Shown here: positions 37,368 through 44,835 of the stretch, in pieces | Position numbering within the stretch: the stretch's first letter is position 1 | How the letters are laid out: the number at the start of each line of letters is the position of its first letter | Virus record (IMG/VR): IMGVR_UViG_3300001041_000018 | Strand: one strand, 5' to 3' | From: an uncultured virus (IMG/VR IMGVR_UViG_3300001041_000018) | Lineage: Duplodnaviria; Heunggongvirae; Uroviricota; Caudoviricetes | DNA length: 64,000 bases | Made by a program: the position numbers and the translations under genes | Notes under the pieces: model-generated | Told to the model about the DNA's origin: nothing | Databases searched by the model: none | Seen by the model: only the letters and a program-made list of their open reading frames with translations

Positions 37368-39377
37368 ATGTTCAACGATTTCAAGGTAGCGGTTCAAAAG
37401 CAGTTCGATTTGATGAAGCAGCACGAGCTTTTTCGCGCCGAGGTTTCCAAGGATCTTCTCTGGGAGACCTACCTCAGCAGCTTCCCGGAGGGCACTAACC
37501 CGATCTACAAAGAACGCACGGAGCACGATTGCACCTGCTGTAGATCCTTTATCAGAGCGGTTGGCGACGTAGTTGCCATCATCGACGGGAAAGTGGTCAG
37601 CATCTGGGACGCGCAGCCGGGTGGCTTCTATCAGGTCGTGGCGGATGCGCTGTCCAATCTGGTCAAGTCCAGTGAAATCAGCAACATCTTCCTCCACCCC
37701 GAGTCCGTAGCTGGGGTTGACAAAAATTTCCAGCAGGCAGATTCGGGAGAAATGCTTACCTGGGAACACTTCTACATCAAGGTCCCGACCGACCGAGTGG
37801 TCAAAGGGCTCGACATCGGCTCCAGACTGTCCGAGTCCAGGAGCACCAAGGACGTTTTCCTGAGGAGCCTCAAGGAAATATCGATGGATTCCATCGACAC
37901 GGTACTGGAGTTGATCGCTCAGAATTCGCTGTACCGTGGCGAGGAGCACAAGTTCGCTGTGGAGAGCTTCTTGAAGCTGAAGAAGGAATTCTCCAAGCTT
38001 CCGTCTTCGCAGCACGACATCTTCTGCTGGTCAAAGCTGAAGAGCGTTCCGCAGTCCGTCTCCAAGATTCGTGGCACGGTCATCGGGACTTTGCTGGTGG
38101 ACCTCTCCGAAGGCAAGGACTTGGAGCCGTCTGTGGGTTCGTTCGAGGCAAAGGTGGCGCCCAGCAACTACAAGCGCCCAACTGCTCTGATCACCAAAGG
38201 CATGATCGAGAAGGCACAGAGGACAATCGAGGAACTCGGGTTAACCTCTGCCCTCCAACGCAGGTACGCGGTCACCGAGGACATCACCGTGAACAACATC
38301 CTGTTCGCGAACCGTGAATCCAAGCAGCGGATGAACGTCTTCGAGGAACTGGCTAGTGCGGTTCCCGAGAACATGAAAAGTTTCGACCGAGTTGAAGAAA
38401 TCGGGATCACAGAATTCATCTCCAATGTTCTACCGAAGGTGGAGTCACTGGAGATCCTGCTTGAGAACAAGCACGCCGGGAACATGGTCAGCCTGATCGC
38501 ACCCATCGAAGCAGATGCCAAGGGCATGTTCAAGTGGCCGAACAACTTCTCGTGGTCGTACACAGGGGATGTGGCGGACTCGATCAAGGAGCGCGTCAAG
38601 AAGGCTGGTGGGAAGGTCGATGGGGCTCTCTGCTGCAGGCTGGCGTGGAACAACACCGACGACCTCGATTTCCACATGGTTGAGCCCAACGGGCAGAGAA
38701 TCTACTACTCGAATCGTCGCAAGCTATCTCCGAACGGTGGGCGCCTCGACCTGGACGCAAACGGTGCAGACGGGATGAGGACCGATCCTGCTGAGAACAT
38801 CTACTACGCCGACAAGCGCCGGATGCGCGAGGGCGGTTACACGCTGCAGGTCAACCAGTACCAGTCGAGAAATAGCAGCGACGTTGGGTTCGAGGTGGAG
38901 ATCGAGTTCGGCGGAACCACCCACAACTTCGTCTACCCCAAGGCGATGCGCTCAGGCGAATACGTTGAGGTCGCCCAGATCAAGTACAGCCACAAGGACG
39001 GCTTCGAGATCATCAAGTCGTTGCCTTCTTCGCAGACCTCGAAAGTCGTCTGGGGCCTCCCGACACAGACCTTTCACAAGGTCAACGTCCTGATGCACTC
39101 CCCGAACCACTGGGACGGGCACGGCGTAGGCAACAAGCACTTCTTCTTCATGCTCGACCAGTGTGTGAACGAGGGCAAGGCCAGGGGCTTCTACAACGAG
39201 TTCCTGAACGAGGAATTGAACGCGCACCGGAAGGTCTTCGAGGTCGTCGGTTCCAAGATGAAGGTCGAGGAATCCGAGAACCAACTCAGTGGCATCGGGT
39301 TCTCCTCAACGCAGCGCAGCAGCGTACTTTGCAGAGTCAAGGGTAGCTTCACTCGCACCCTCAAAATCAACTTCTAG
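37368..39377 (+). CDS. Large hypothetical phage protein with YfaP/DUF2135-like C-terminal motifs
   Basis: HDCTCC; DDLDFHMVEP...GGRLDLDAN...PAENIY; HWD...GNKHFFF; strong RBS. Confidence 0.85.
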   Translation: MFNDFKVAVQKQFDLMKQHELFRAEVSKDLLWETYLSSFPEGTNPIYKERTEHDCTCCRSFIRAVGDVVAIIDGKVVSIWDAQPGGFYQVVADALSNLVKSSEISNIFLHPESVAGVDKNFQQADSGEMLTWEHFYIKVPTDRVVKGLDIGSRLSESRSTKDVFLRSLKEISMDSIDTVLELIAQNSLYRGEEHKFAVESFLKLKKEFSKLPSSQHDIFCWSKLKSVPQSVSKIRGTVIGTLLVDLSEGKDLEPSVGSFEAKVAPSNYKRPTALITKGMIEKAQRTIEELGLTSALQRRYAVTEDITVNNILFANRESKQRMNVFEELASAVPENMKSFDRVEEIGITEFISNVLPKVESLEILLENKHAGNMVSLIAPIEADAKGMFKWPNNFSWSYTGDVADSIKERVKKAGGKVDGALCCRLAWNNTDDLDFHMVEPNGQRIYYSNRRKLSPNGGRLDLDANGADGMRTDPAENIYYADKRRMREGGYTLQVNQYQSRNSSDVGFEVEIEFGGTTHNFVYPKAMRSGEYVEVAQIKYSHKDGFEIIKSLPSSQTSKVVWGLPTQTFHKVNVLMHSPNHWDGHGVGNKHFFFMLDQCVNEGKARGFYNEFLNEELNAHRKVFEVVGSKMKVEESENQLSGIGFSSTQRSSVLCRVKGSFTRTLKINF

Positions 39378-39388
39378 GAGGAAGAAAA

Positions 39389-39778
39389 ATGTTCGAAAAA
39401 GCCAGCAGGATGAAAATTCGCTTCGAGTCTCCCAAGGGCAACCTCAGCACCGAGGACCTATGGGATCTCCCACTCACCGCAGTCAACAACGGCGCCTGCC
39501 TAGACAATATTGCCAAGGACCTACACCGCAAGCTGAAGGACAGCGACACCGAGAGCTTCGTCGTCAAGAGCAAGAATCTCGACGCCGTACTCCAACTCAA
39601 GTTCGAGGTCATCAAGCGGGTCATCGAAGTCAGGCTGAACGAGGCCGAGGCTGCTGAGAGGATCAAGGAGTCCAAGGAGAAGAAGCAGAAACTCATGTCG
39701 ATCATCGCCCAGAAGGAAGACGAGAAGCTCCTGGGTGCATCCCTTGAGCAGCTTAGGGCGATGGTAGACGCGCTGTAG
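39389..39778 (+). CDS. Hypothetical coiled-coil protein, partner of the 669-aa gene
   Basis: MFEKASR...GNLSTEDLWDLPL; RBS. Confidence 0.85.
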   Translation: MFEKASRMKIRFESPKGNLSTEDLWDLPLTAVNNGACLDNIAKDLHRKLKDSDTESFVVKSKNLDAVLQLKFEVIKRVIEVRLNEAEAAERIKESKEKKQKLMSIIAQKEDEKLLGASLEQLRAMVDAL

Positions 39779-39786
39779 TTTTGATT

Positions 39787-39814
39787 GGAGCCCTCTTCGG
39801 AGGGCTCCTCTTTT
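39787..39814 (+). terminator. Rho-independent terminator
   Basis: GGAGCCCTC-TTCG-GAGGGCTCC-TCTTTT. Confidence 0.9.
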
Positions 39815-39893
39815 CCACCAACAATTCACAAATGAATTTCAAAAATCAGGGAGGGAACCCAACTATCTCAAATTATTTAAGGAAAATCTCAAA

Positions 39894-40823
39894 ATGGCAA
39901 AAGCAACTGAAAAAACTAACGCAGCAGCATCTGTAAATCTGGCAGACCTTTTTGAAGGAATGACTCCTGACGAAATCCGGGAAATACTTGGTGCGACCGG
40001 ACAGGCCACCAACGCTTCGTTCGATAAGACCCCGACGCTCAAGATCAACAAGTTCCCGATTAAAGACGCCAAAGGCAACACCGTTCCGATGGGGAACTTC
40101 GTGTACAACCAGATCACCAAGCAGGACGGGAAAAACACGATTGTTGAAGACATCGGCATCGACTGCGGGGCTAACCCGGAGATCACCGTGGTCAAATTCG
40201 GGACCAAGTTTTCTTTCTTCCCGGATGGCACCAAAGTCAAGGACGTGAAGAAGCATATTTGTCAGAGCCAGCTCGTGCTCGATCCCGGCGAGAAAGCCGC
40301 AGGCGACAATCTCGGCTTCGAGTGCATGTCCGGGAAATGCCCACGCCGTGCGAAGGACGTTGACAAGGCGGAAAAATGCACTTGCCAGTATCAGGTCTTC
40401 GTCGAGGTGAAGATCGGTGAGGAAACAAAAGGCGCGATCATGTACTTCAAGGGCACCAGCTTCCTGCCCTTCAAACAGTACCTGGATTCGGCTGGGAAGT
40501 TCCCGCTGTACTTCTTCCCGACCCTCCTGACCACCGAGCAGCAGGTCAACGGCACGAACGTCTACTGGATCATAACCCCAATCCTCCAGAAGGATCGCCC
40601 GTATCCCCTCGAAGAGCGCAAGCTGCTGACCGAGACCGTTAAGGCGGTTGACGAGTCCGTGAGGGGCTTCGAGACTCAGCGCAAGCTGATCTCGGCTACC
40701 CGCAAGGAAGAAGCGCAGAAAGCTCTGCCTGCCGGAATGAGTATCGAGGGCAAAGGGGCTGGCAATTCTGGTGGCTTGGGTGCAGGAGCACAAGACGCCG
40801 AATTCGACAACATCGTTTTCTAA
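39894..40823 (+). CDS. Putative single-stranded DNA-binding/recombination protein
   Basis: Position, size, Cys cluster, flexible tail ending EFDNIVF. Confidence 0.6.
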   Translation: MAKATEKTNAAASVNLADLFEGMTPDEIREILGATGQATNASFDKTPTLKINKFPIKDAKGNTVPMGNFVYNQITKQDGKNTIVEDIGIDCGANPEITVVKFGTKFSFFPDGTKVKDVKKHICQSQLVLDPGEKAAGDNLGFECMSGKCPRRAKDVDKAEKCTCQYQVFVEVKIGEETKGAIMYFKGTSFLPFKQYLDSAGKFPLYFFPTLLTTEQQVNGTNVYWIITPILQKDRPYPLEERKLLTETVKAVDESVRGFETQRKLISATRKEEAQKALPAGMSIEGKGAGNSGGLGAGAQDAEFDNIVF

Positions 40824-40828
40824 AAAGT

Positions 40829-40875
40829 GAACAACTCCGCAGGCCTTTCCCTCCTCTGAGCCTGCGGAGTTGTTC
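40829..40875 (+). other. 16-bp perfect hairpin with pyrimidine-rich loop
   Basis: GAACAACTCCGCAGGC/GCCTGCGGAGTTGTTC, loop CTTTCCCTCCTCTGA. Confidence 0.85.
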
Positions 40876-40892
40876 TGGGAGAGGTAAAAATT

Positions 40893-41057
40893 TTGAAACA
40901 AGAAACCAAAGATTTACTCGTAGCGGGTTGGGTAGTGGTTACGCAGGTTGTGGCAATCATGTCTGGGATCGCAGGACTTGTGGCGCTGATCCAAGGGGAT
41001 TACTCTCAAGCAACTTTCAACATGCTCATGATGCACATACTGAGCACCAGGAACTAA
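40893..41057 (+). CDS. Small membrane protein (54 aa)
   Basis: GAGG + TTG; translated by hand. Confidence 0.5.
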   Translation: MKQETKDLLVAGWVVVTQVVAIMSGIAGLVALIQGDYSQATFNMLMMHILSTRN

Positions 41058-41085
41058 AACCAAAAATTAAAAAGGAGACCAAAAA

Positions 41086-41469
41086 ATGAACAAACTCGTA
41101 ATTTTCGCGCTGATCGTGGTAGCTGCATTTTCCGCAGGCTGCAAAAAGTCCGCTGATGAAAAAGTCGCAGCGACCGTAGCCAACGTCCATGCACTGACCG
41201 CAGAGGAGCGCACGCTGGCTGAAATCAACGCCAAGAGGTACTTCGAGAAGGAATGGCCTGTTCAGCGCAAGGAAGCGGATGGCAACATCGTGCTGACGAA
41301 AGAGCGTGGCGCCCTCGTCAACGTGAGGCCCTCCGACAGCAACTTCAATGGCCTCGTCACCTCCGTAGGCATGGTCCCGCAGCAGAATGGTGGCTTCAGG
41401 GAAGTCAAGGTTTTCTGTGGATACAAGCCGGAACTCGTGGGCTGCTCCGATGAGGACACCGTGAAATGA
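41086..41469 (+). CDS. Lipoprotein
   Basis: Signal peptide with SAGC lipobox. Confidence 0.8.
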   Translation: MNKLVIFALIVVAAFSAGCKKSADEKVAATVANVHALTAEERTLAEINAKRYFEKEWPVQRKEADGNIVLTKERGALVNVRPSDSNFNGLVTSVGMVPQQNGGFREVKVFCGYKPELVGCSDEDTVK

Positions 41470-41591
41470 GTGTGCTGGTGGATGTAAGCACATTCGTGAT
41501 CGGGTGTTTGATTATTGGCTCAGGTGGCTTCGCTTGCGGAGTAGTTGTAGCTTGGAGATGGATTAAAAAATAACCAGGAAAGGAGAATAAA

Positions 41592-41801
41592 TTGTTCCTC
41601 AAAAGTAAAACCATCGACGAAATTATGGGTACCTTCCAGAAGGCTGTCAAGGAACTCGAACTTCATTCCTCGAAGCACGACGCTATCGCAGATGGTATCG
41701 AAACCAAGATTTCAGATCTGATGAATGATCGCGAGAAGCACCTTGGTGAAAGTCTGGAAGCAACCAGGCTCGCTGAGAAAATGAAGCAGGCCTTTCTGTA
41801 G
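41592..41801 (+). CDS. Small coiled-coil protein
   Basis: AAGGAG + TTG. Confidence 0.65.
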   Translation: MFLKSKTIDEIMGTFQKAVKELELHSSKHDAIADGIETKISDLMNDREKHLGESLEATRLAEKMKQAFL

Positions 41802-42105
41802 GAACGAGATCACCCCGCCGATCCTCTCCCTCGGAACATGAGGTGCAAGCAGCGCGGACAAGTAGCACGTCATTGAGGGCATGGCCTAATTTGGCTAAGG
41901 CTGGTAGCTGGTACAACCGGATTTGGAGCGCAAGCCTCTGAGGTTCTCAGCTGCTGAGAGCTTGAAGCTCAAACCTGTGCTCTACGGTAGTTGTACCCAA
42001 GCCTAACATGAGTGACCTGAGCGTGTGAAAGGGGAGGAGCCTGTACTCTACGGTAGTTATTCAGGCAGCGCTGGCAGACCGCGTGGAAGTCTGCCGCCTA
42101 ATTTA
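41802..42105 (+). ncRNA. Candidate structured non-coding RNA
   Basis: Gene-free 300 nt with at least five nested long-range helices and several hairpins; strand assumed from flanking genes. Confidence 0.5.
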
Positions 42106-42117
42106 AGGAGATCCAAA

Positions 42118-42354
42118 ATGAACGAAGAATTCAAAATTTATCATCTCGCAATCGACCCGGAGCGGCTCAAAGAGGCTCGGGCCTACGTCCTCGACCGGCT
42201 ATGTGGCCTTCGCAATTTCGACGAGATCGACACCGATGCTCTCGAAGAGATTGATTCGATCCTGGGCGACATTGCCTGCGAAGCCAATGAGGAGTACGGG
42301 ATGGACACCTTGTTCGGCTGTGACAAGGATCTGCCGGAAGACGAGGTGGCTTAA
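42118..42354 (+). CDS. Hypothetical acidic protein
   Basis: AAGGAG RBS before ATG 42118. Confidence 0.7.
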   Translation: MNEEFKIYHLAIDPERLKEARAYVLDRLCGLRNFDEIDTDALEEIDSILGDIACEANEEYGMDTLFGCDKDLPEDEVA

Positions 42355-42765
42355 ATGAGATTCATCGCAGAAGCAGCATCAACCGCAGTAGATCTCAAAG
42401 GAGACAGGTTTGCGCCTGAAGCTCTCTACCAGATGGCTGAGGCCGTACAAGGGAAGGAGATTCCGATTCTTGATGGTTTCAACCAGCACGTCAAGGTTGG
42501 CTTCGTGGACTCAGCGAAGGTCTTGGACAACAAGCTGATCATCGAAGGCGAGCTTCTTGTTGGGCTTTTGGAGAAGGCGGAAGGATTTGTGGTTCCTGGT
42601 TATCAGGTTATGCGTGGAGGCCTCGTAGATGAAGTCTGGGTCGAAACCGACGTGAGGCTGAACTGCTTCGGGCTTACCAGCCTTCCTTGTGATCCCACGT
42701 TGAAGCCGTTGCAGGAAATGGAGTTCAAAAAATGTGCGATGGGAGTGGGGAGGTCGGGTGGCTAG
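42355..42765 (+). CDS. Degenerate HK97-type prohead protease-like protein
   Basis: ASTAVDLKGDRFAPEAL...IPIL...VG...GY...LTSLPCDP follows the family layout. Confidence 0.55.
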   Translation: MRFIAEAASTAVDLKGDRFAPEALYQMAEAVQGKEIPILDGFNQHVKVGFVDSAKVLDNKLIIEGELLVGLLEKAEGFVVPGYQVMRGGLVDEVWVETDVRLNCFGLTSLPCDPTLKPLQEMEFKKCAMGVGRSGG

Positions 42766-43756
42766 AAAATTTCTTTGCAGCGGGGATTGGCACATTTGGC
42801 TTCGCAAAGAGGCTCCCTTCGCTTGGCAGATCGACCGCTACATGCAACTCTTCGAGTTCCTGATCGAGGCCTGCCTGCACAACCACGCGGAGTTGATCAT
42901 AGCAGGGGATCTTTGGGAGAAATGTGAGCCCGAGCTTGAGGAGCAAGAGCTTGCTTTTATCTTCTTCAGGATGTGTCGTGAGGCCGGTATCGAAGTCTAC
43001 TTGATCTCTGGAAATCACGAACAGATCGGGCCAGGCAAGGACACTTTCCAGTACCTGGACATGGGCAAGGACAAGACGATCAAGCTGAATTACCAAGCGA
43101 AGCCTTGGGTTCATCACCTGCCTGACGAAAATTGCACGCTGCACTTTGTAAATCATTGTTCCTTGGGCACCTATTCTGGACCCACAGTGACTGGCACCAA
43201 GCTGAACATTTTGATCTCTCACTTCCGATGCAACTACAACCAGTTCGTCAAGGAGGAAATTGATGTCGATCATTTGCTGGAGCCTTTCGATTTGGCTATT
43301 TGTTCAGATATTCACGCCCCCTACTCAGTAGGCAAGCTCGTCTACACGAACCACCCGGTCAACAAGGAGTTTCAAACCTCGGTCGATACCGGAGTTGTCC
43401 TCCTGACCCTTGACAAGGGCACCGCGAAGTACGAGCGAATAGCCACAAATTTGCCCTCACTAATTCAGATCCGAATTCGAGCGGATGAGGAATTTCCTGC
43501 TTTAAACGAAACCGACTTCTACCGGATCGAGGTCACCGGCACCGTGCCTGAGTTGAAGACCATTTCAGCGCCTCAATCCAACGTCAAGTTGGTGAAGGTG
43601 CCTGAGGCTTTGCAGGTTTTGGTTCAGGATTCAGGAGAGCAAGAAGAAATCATCAACGCCTCGCTCGACGAGGAACTGGCTTCCTATCTGAAGGAACTTG
43701 GGTACGACGAAAATAAAATCGACCGGATGATGATGGTCTACAAGGAGGCAGCTTGA
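42758..43756 (+). CDS. sbcD: SbcD/Mre11-like nuclease
   Basis: GDWH, AGDL, GNHE, SH, DIH. Confidence 0.88.
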   Translation: MARKFLCSGDWHIWLRKEAPFAWQIDRYMQLFEFLIEACLHNHAELIIAGDLWEKCEPELEEQELAFIFFRMCREAGIEVYLISGNHEQIGPGKDTFQYLDMGKDKTIKLNYQAKPWVHHLPDENCTLHFVNHCSLGTYSGPTVTGTKLNILISHFRCNYNQFVKEEIDVDHLLEPFDLAICSDIHAPYSVGKLVYTNHPVNKEFQTSVDTGVVLLTLDKGTAKYERIATNLPSLIQIRIRADEEFPALNETDFYRIEVTGTVPELKTISAPQSNVKLVKVPEALQVLVQDSGEQEEIINASLDEELASYLKELGYDENKIDRMMMVYKEAA

Positions 43757-44127
43757 TAATCGCAGTTGATTTCGACGGTACCTGCGTAACGCACGAGTAC
43801 CCGAAGATTGGGAGAGAAATCGGAGCGCAGCCCGTTCTTAAAAAGCTCACTGGCGAAGGCCACCAACTCATCCTCTACACGATGCGGAGTGGCAAAGAAT
43901 TGGAAGACGCTGTGGCTTGGTTCAAGGAAAACGAAATTGAACTCTGGAGCATCAACGAGAATCCGGGGCAGAAACGCTGGACCCAAAGCCCCAAAATCTA
44001 CGCACACCTCTACATCGACGACGCGGCTTTAGGGGTTCCCCTTTGCAAAGGGCTTGATGAATTCGAACGTCCTTTCGTGGACTGGGATTCAGTTGAGAAG
44101 TTGCTCTTCTCAGGGGAGGTGGTGTGA
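43753..44127 (+). CDS. HAD-family phosphatase (BT0820-like)
   Basis: IAVDFDGT, YTMR, K...YIDD. Confidence 0.88.
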   Translation: MIIAVDFDGTCVTHEYPKIGREIGAQPVLKKLTGEGHQLILYTMRSGKELEDAVAWFKENEIELWSINENPGQKRWTQSPKIYAHLYIDDAALGVPLCKGLDEFERPFVDWDSVEKLLFSGEVV

Positions 44128-44405
44128 GGCCCACAGAAGAAACAAATTTTTGCCGCGTGTTCGAACTTCCCCTCGAATACCCGGAGGGGTTCTGCTTCGA
44201 CGGAAGTAAGCCTGTGGTTATGCAGATGGTTGATTGGTTCAATCCGTGGCCTTCTTACTACGACACTGACGAACCAGAAACTTGGGAAGAAGTTGTCGTG
44301 CTCCTGCGCCTGTGGCTAGAGGAGAAGTGTTACGTGCGCCCTGGTAGGACTTACATCTTGATTACCGATTTCGGGGAGTCGTTTGTGTTCGGAGGACTAA
44401 AATGA
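44124..44405 (+). CDS. Hypothetical protein
   Basis: GTGA overlap; RBS. Confidence 0.65.
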   Translation: MRPTEETNFCRVFELPLEYPEGFCFDGSKPVVMQMVDWFNPWPSYYDTDEPETWEEVVVLLRLWLEEKCYVRPGRTYILITDFGESFVFGGLK

Positions 44406-44659
44406 AATTCTCAGATTTATTTGAAATCGAAGGTTCCCTGAACGAGCCCAACAGGACCGTAGCTCTCAGGTTAAGGCTCTTCGGAATCGACTTCGAGTTT
44501 TCCGCGATGGGCTACCTGGACGACATGATTTTCCCCTTCCTCTTCATTCCGTCGTTGAGGGGGTTCGCCTTCCAAGTCCTTTTCCTTGGCCTCTTCGTGG
44601 GCAGGGTCGTTAAGGAGAAATCCTACACGATTCCTCAGGAGGAAGAGGAGTGGGACTAG
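44402..44659 (+). CDS. Hypothetical protein
   Basis: GGAGG RBS. Confidence 0.65.
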   Translation: MKFSDLFEIEGSLNEPNRTVALRLRLFGIDFEFSAMGYLDDMIFPFLFIPSLRGFAFQVLFLGLFVGRVVKEKSYTIPQEEEEWD

Positions 44660-44835
44660 GGGTCTGTGATAATTGTGGTGCTGGGCCAGAAGAAATAATT
44701 TTTAAAATCCAGAGACAATCAGCTCCTGGTGCCACTTACAAATTGTGCGCGGAGTGTTTGCTTGGAATTGAAGACATCGCTCAATTTGAATGCACTGAAT
44801 CCATTAAGCTTAAAAAGGAGGAAGAGGAGTGGTAG
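44650..44835 (+). CDS. Small zinc-finger protein
   Basis: CDNC...LCAEC. Confidence 0.6.
   Translation: MGLGVCDNCGAGPEEIIFKIQRQSAPGATYKLCAECLLGIEDIAQFECTESIKLKKEEEEW

Noticed and set aside
39873..40901. Long minus-strand ORFs opposite real genes (also 37269-38015, 52311-53009, and plus-strand 60890-61603)
   Set aside because: Shadow ORFs from codon bias; no RBS or recognisable motifs
41875..41950. tRNA gene
   Set aside because: The D-arm looks right, but the anticodon stem is mismatched, there is no TTCRA T-loop and no CCA; kept only as part of the ncRNA candidate
42037..42070. Group II intron domain V
   Set aside because: GAGCC start is suggestive, but the hairpin lacks the GNRA loop and bulge geometry, and no intron ends or RT gene are visible
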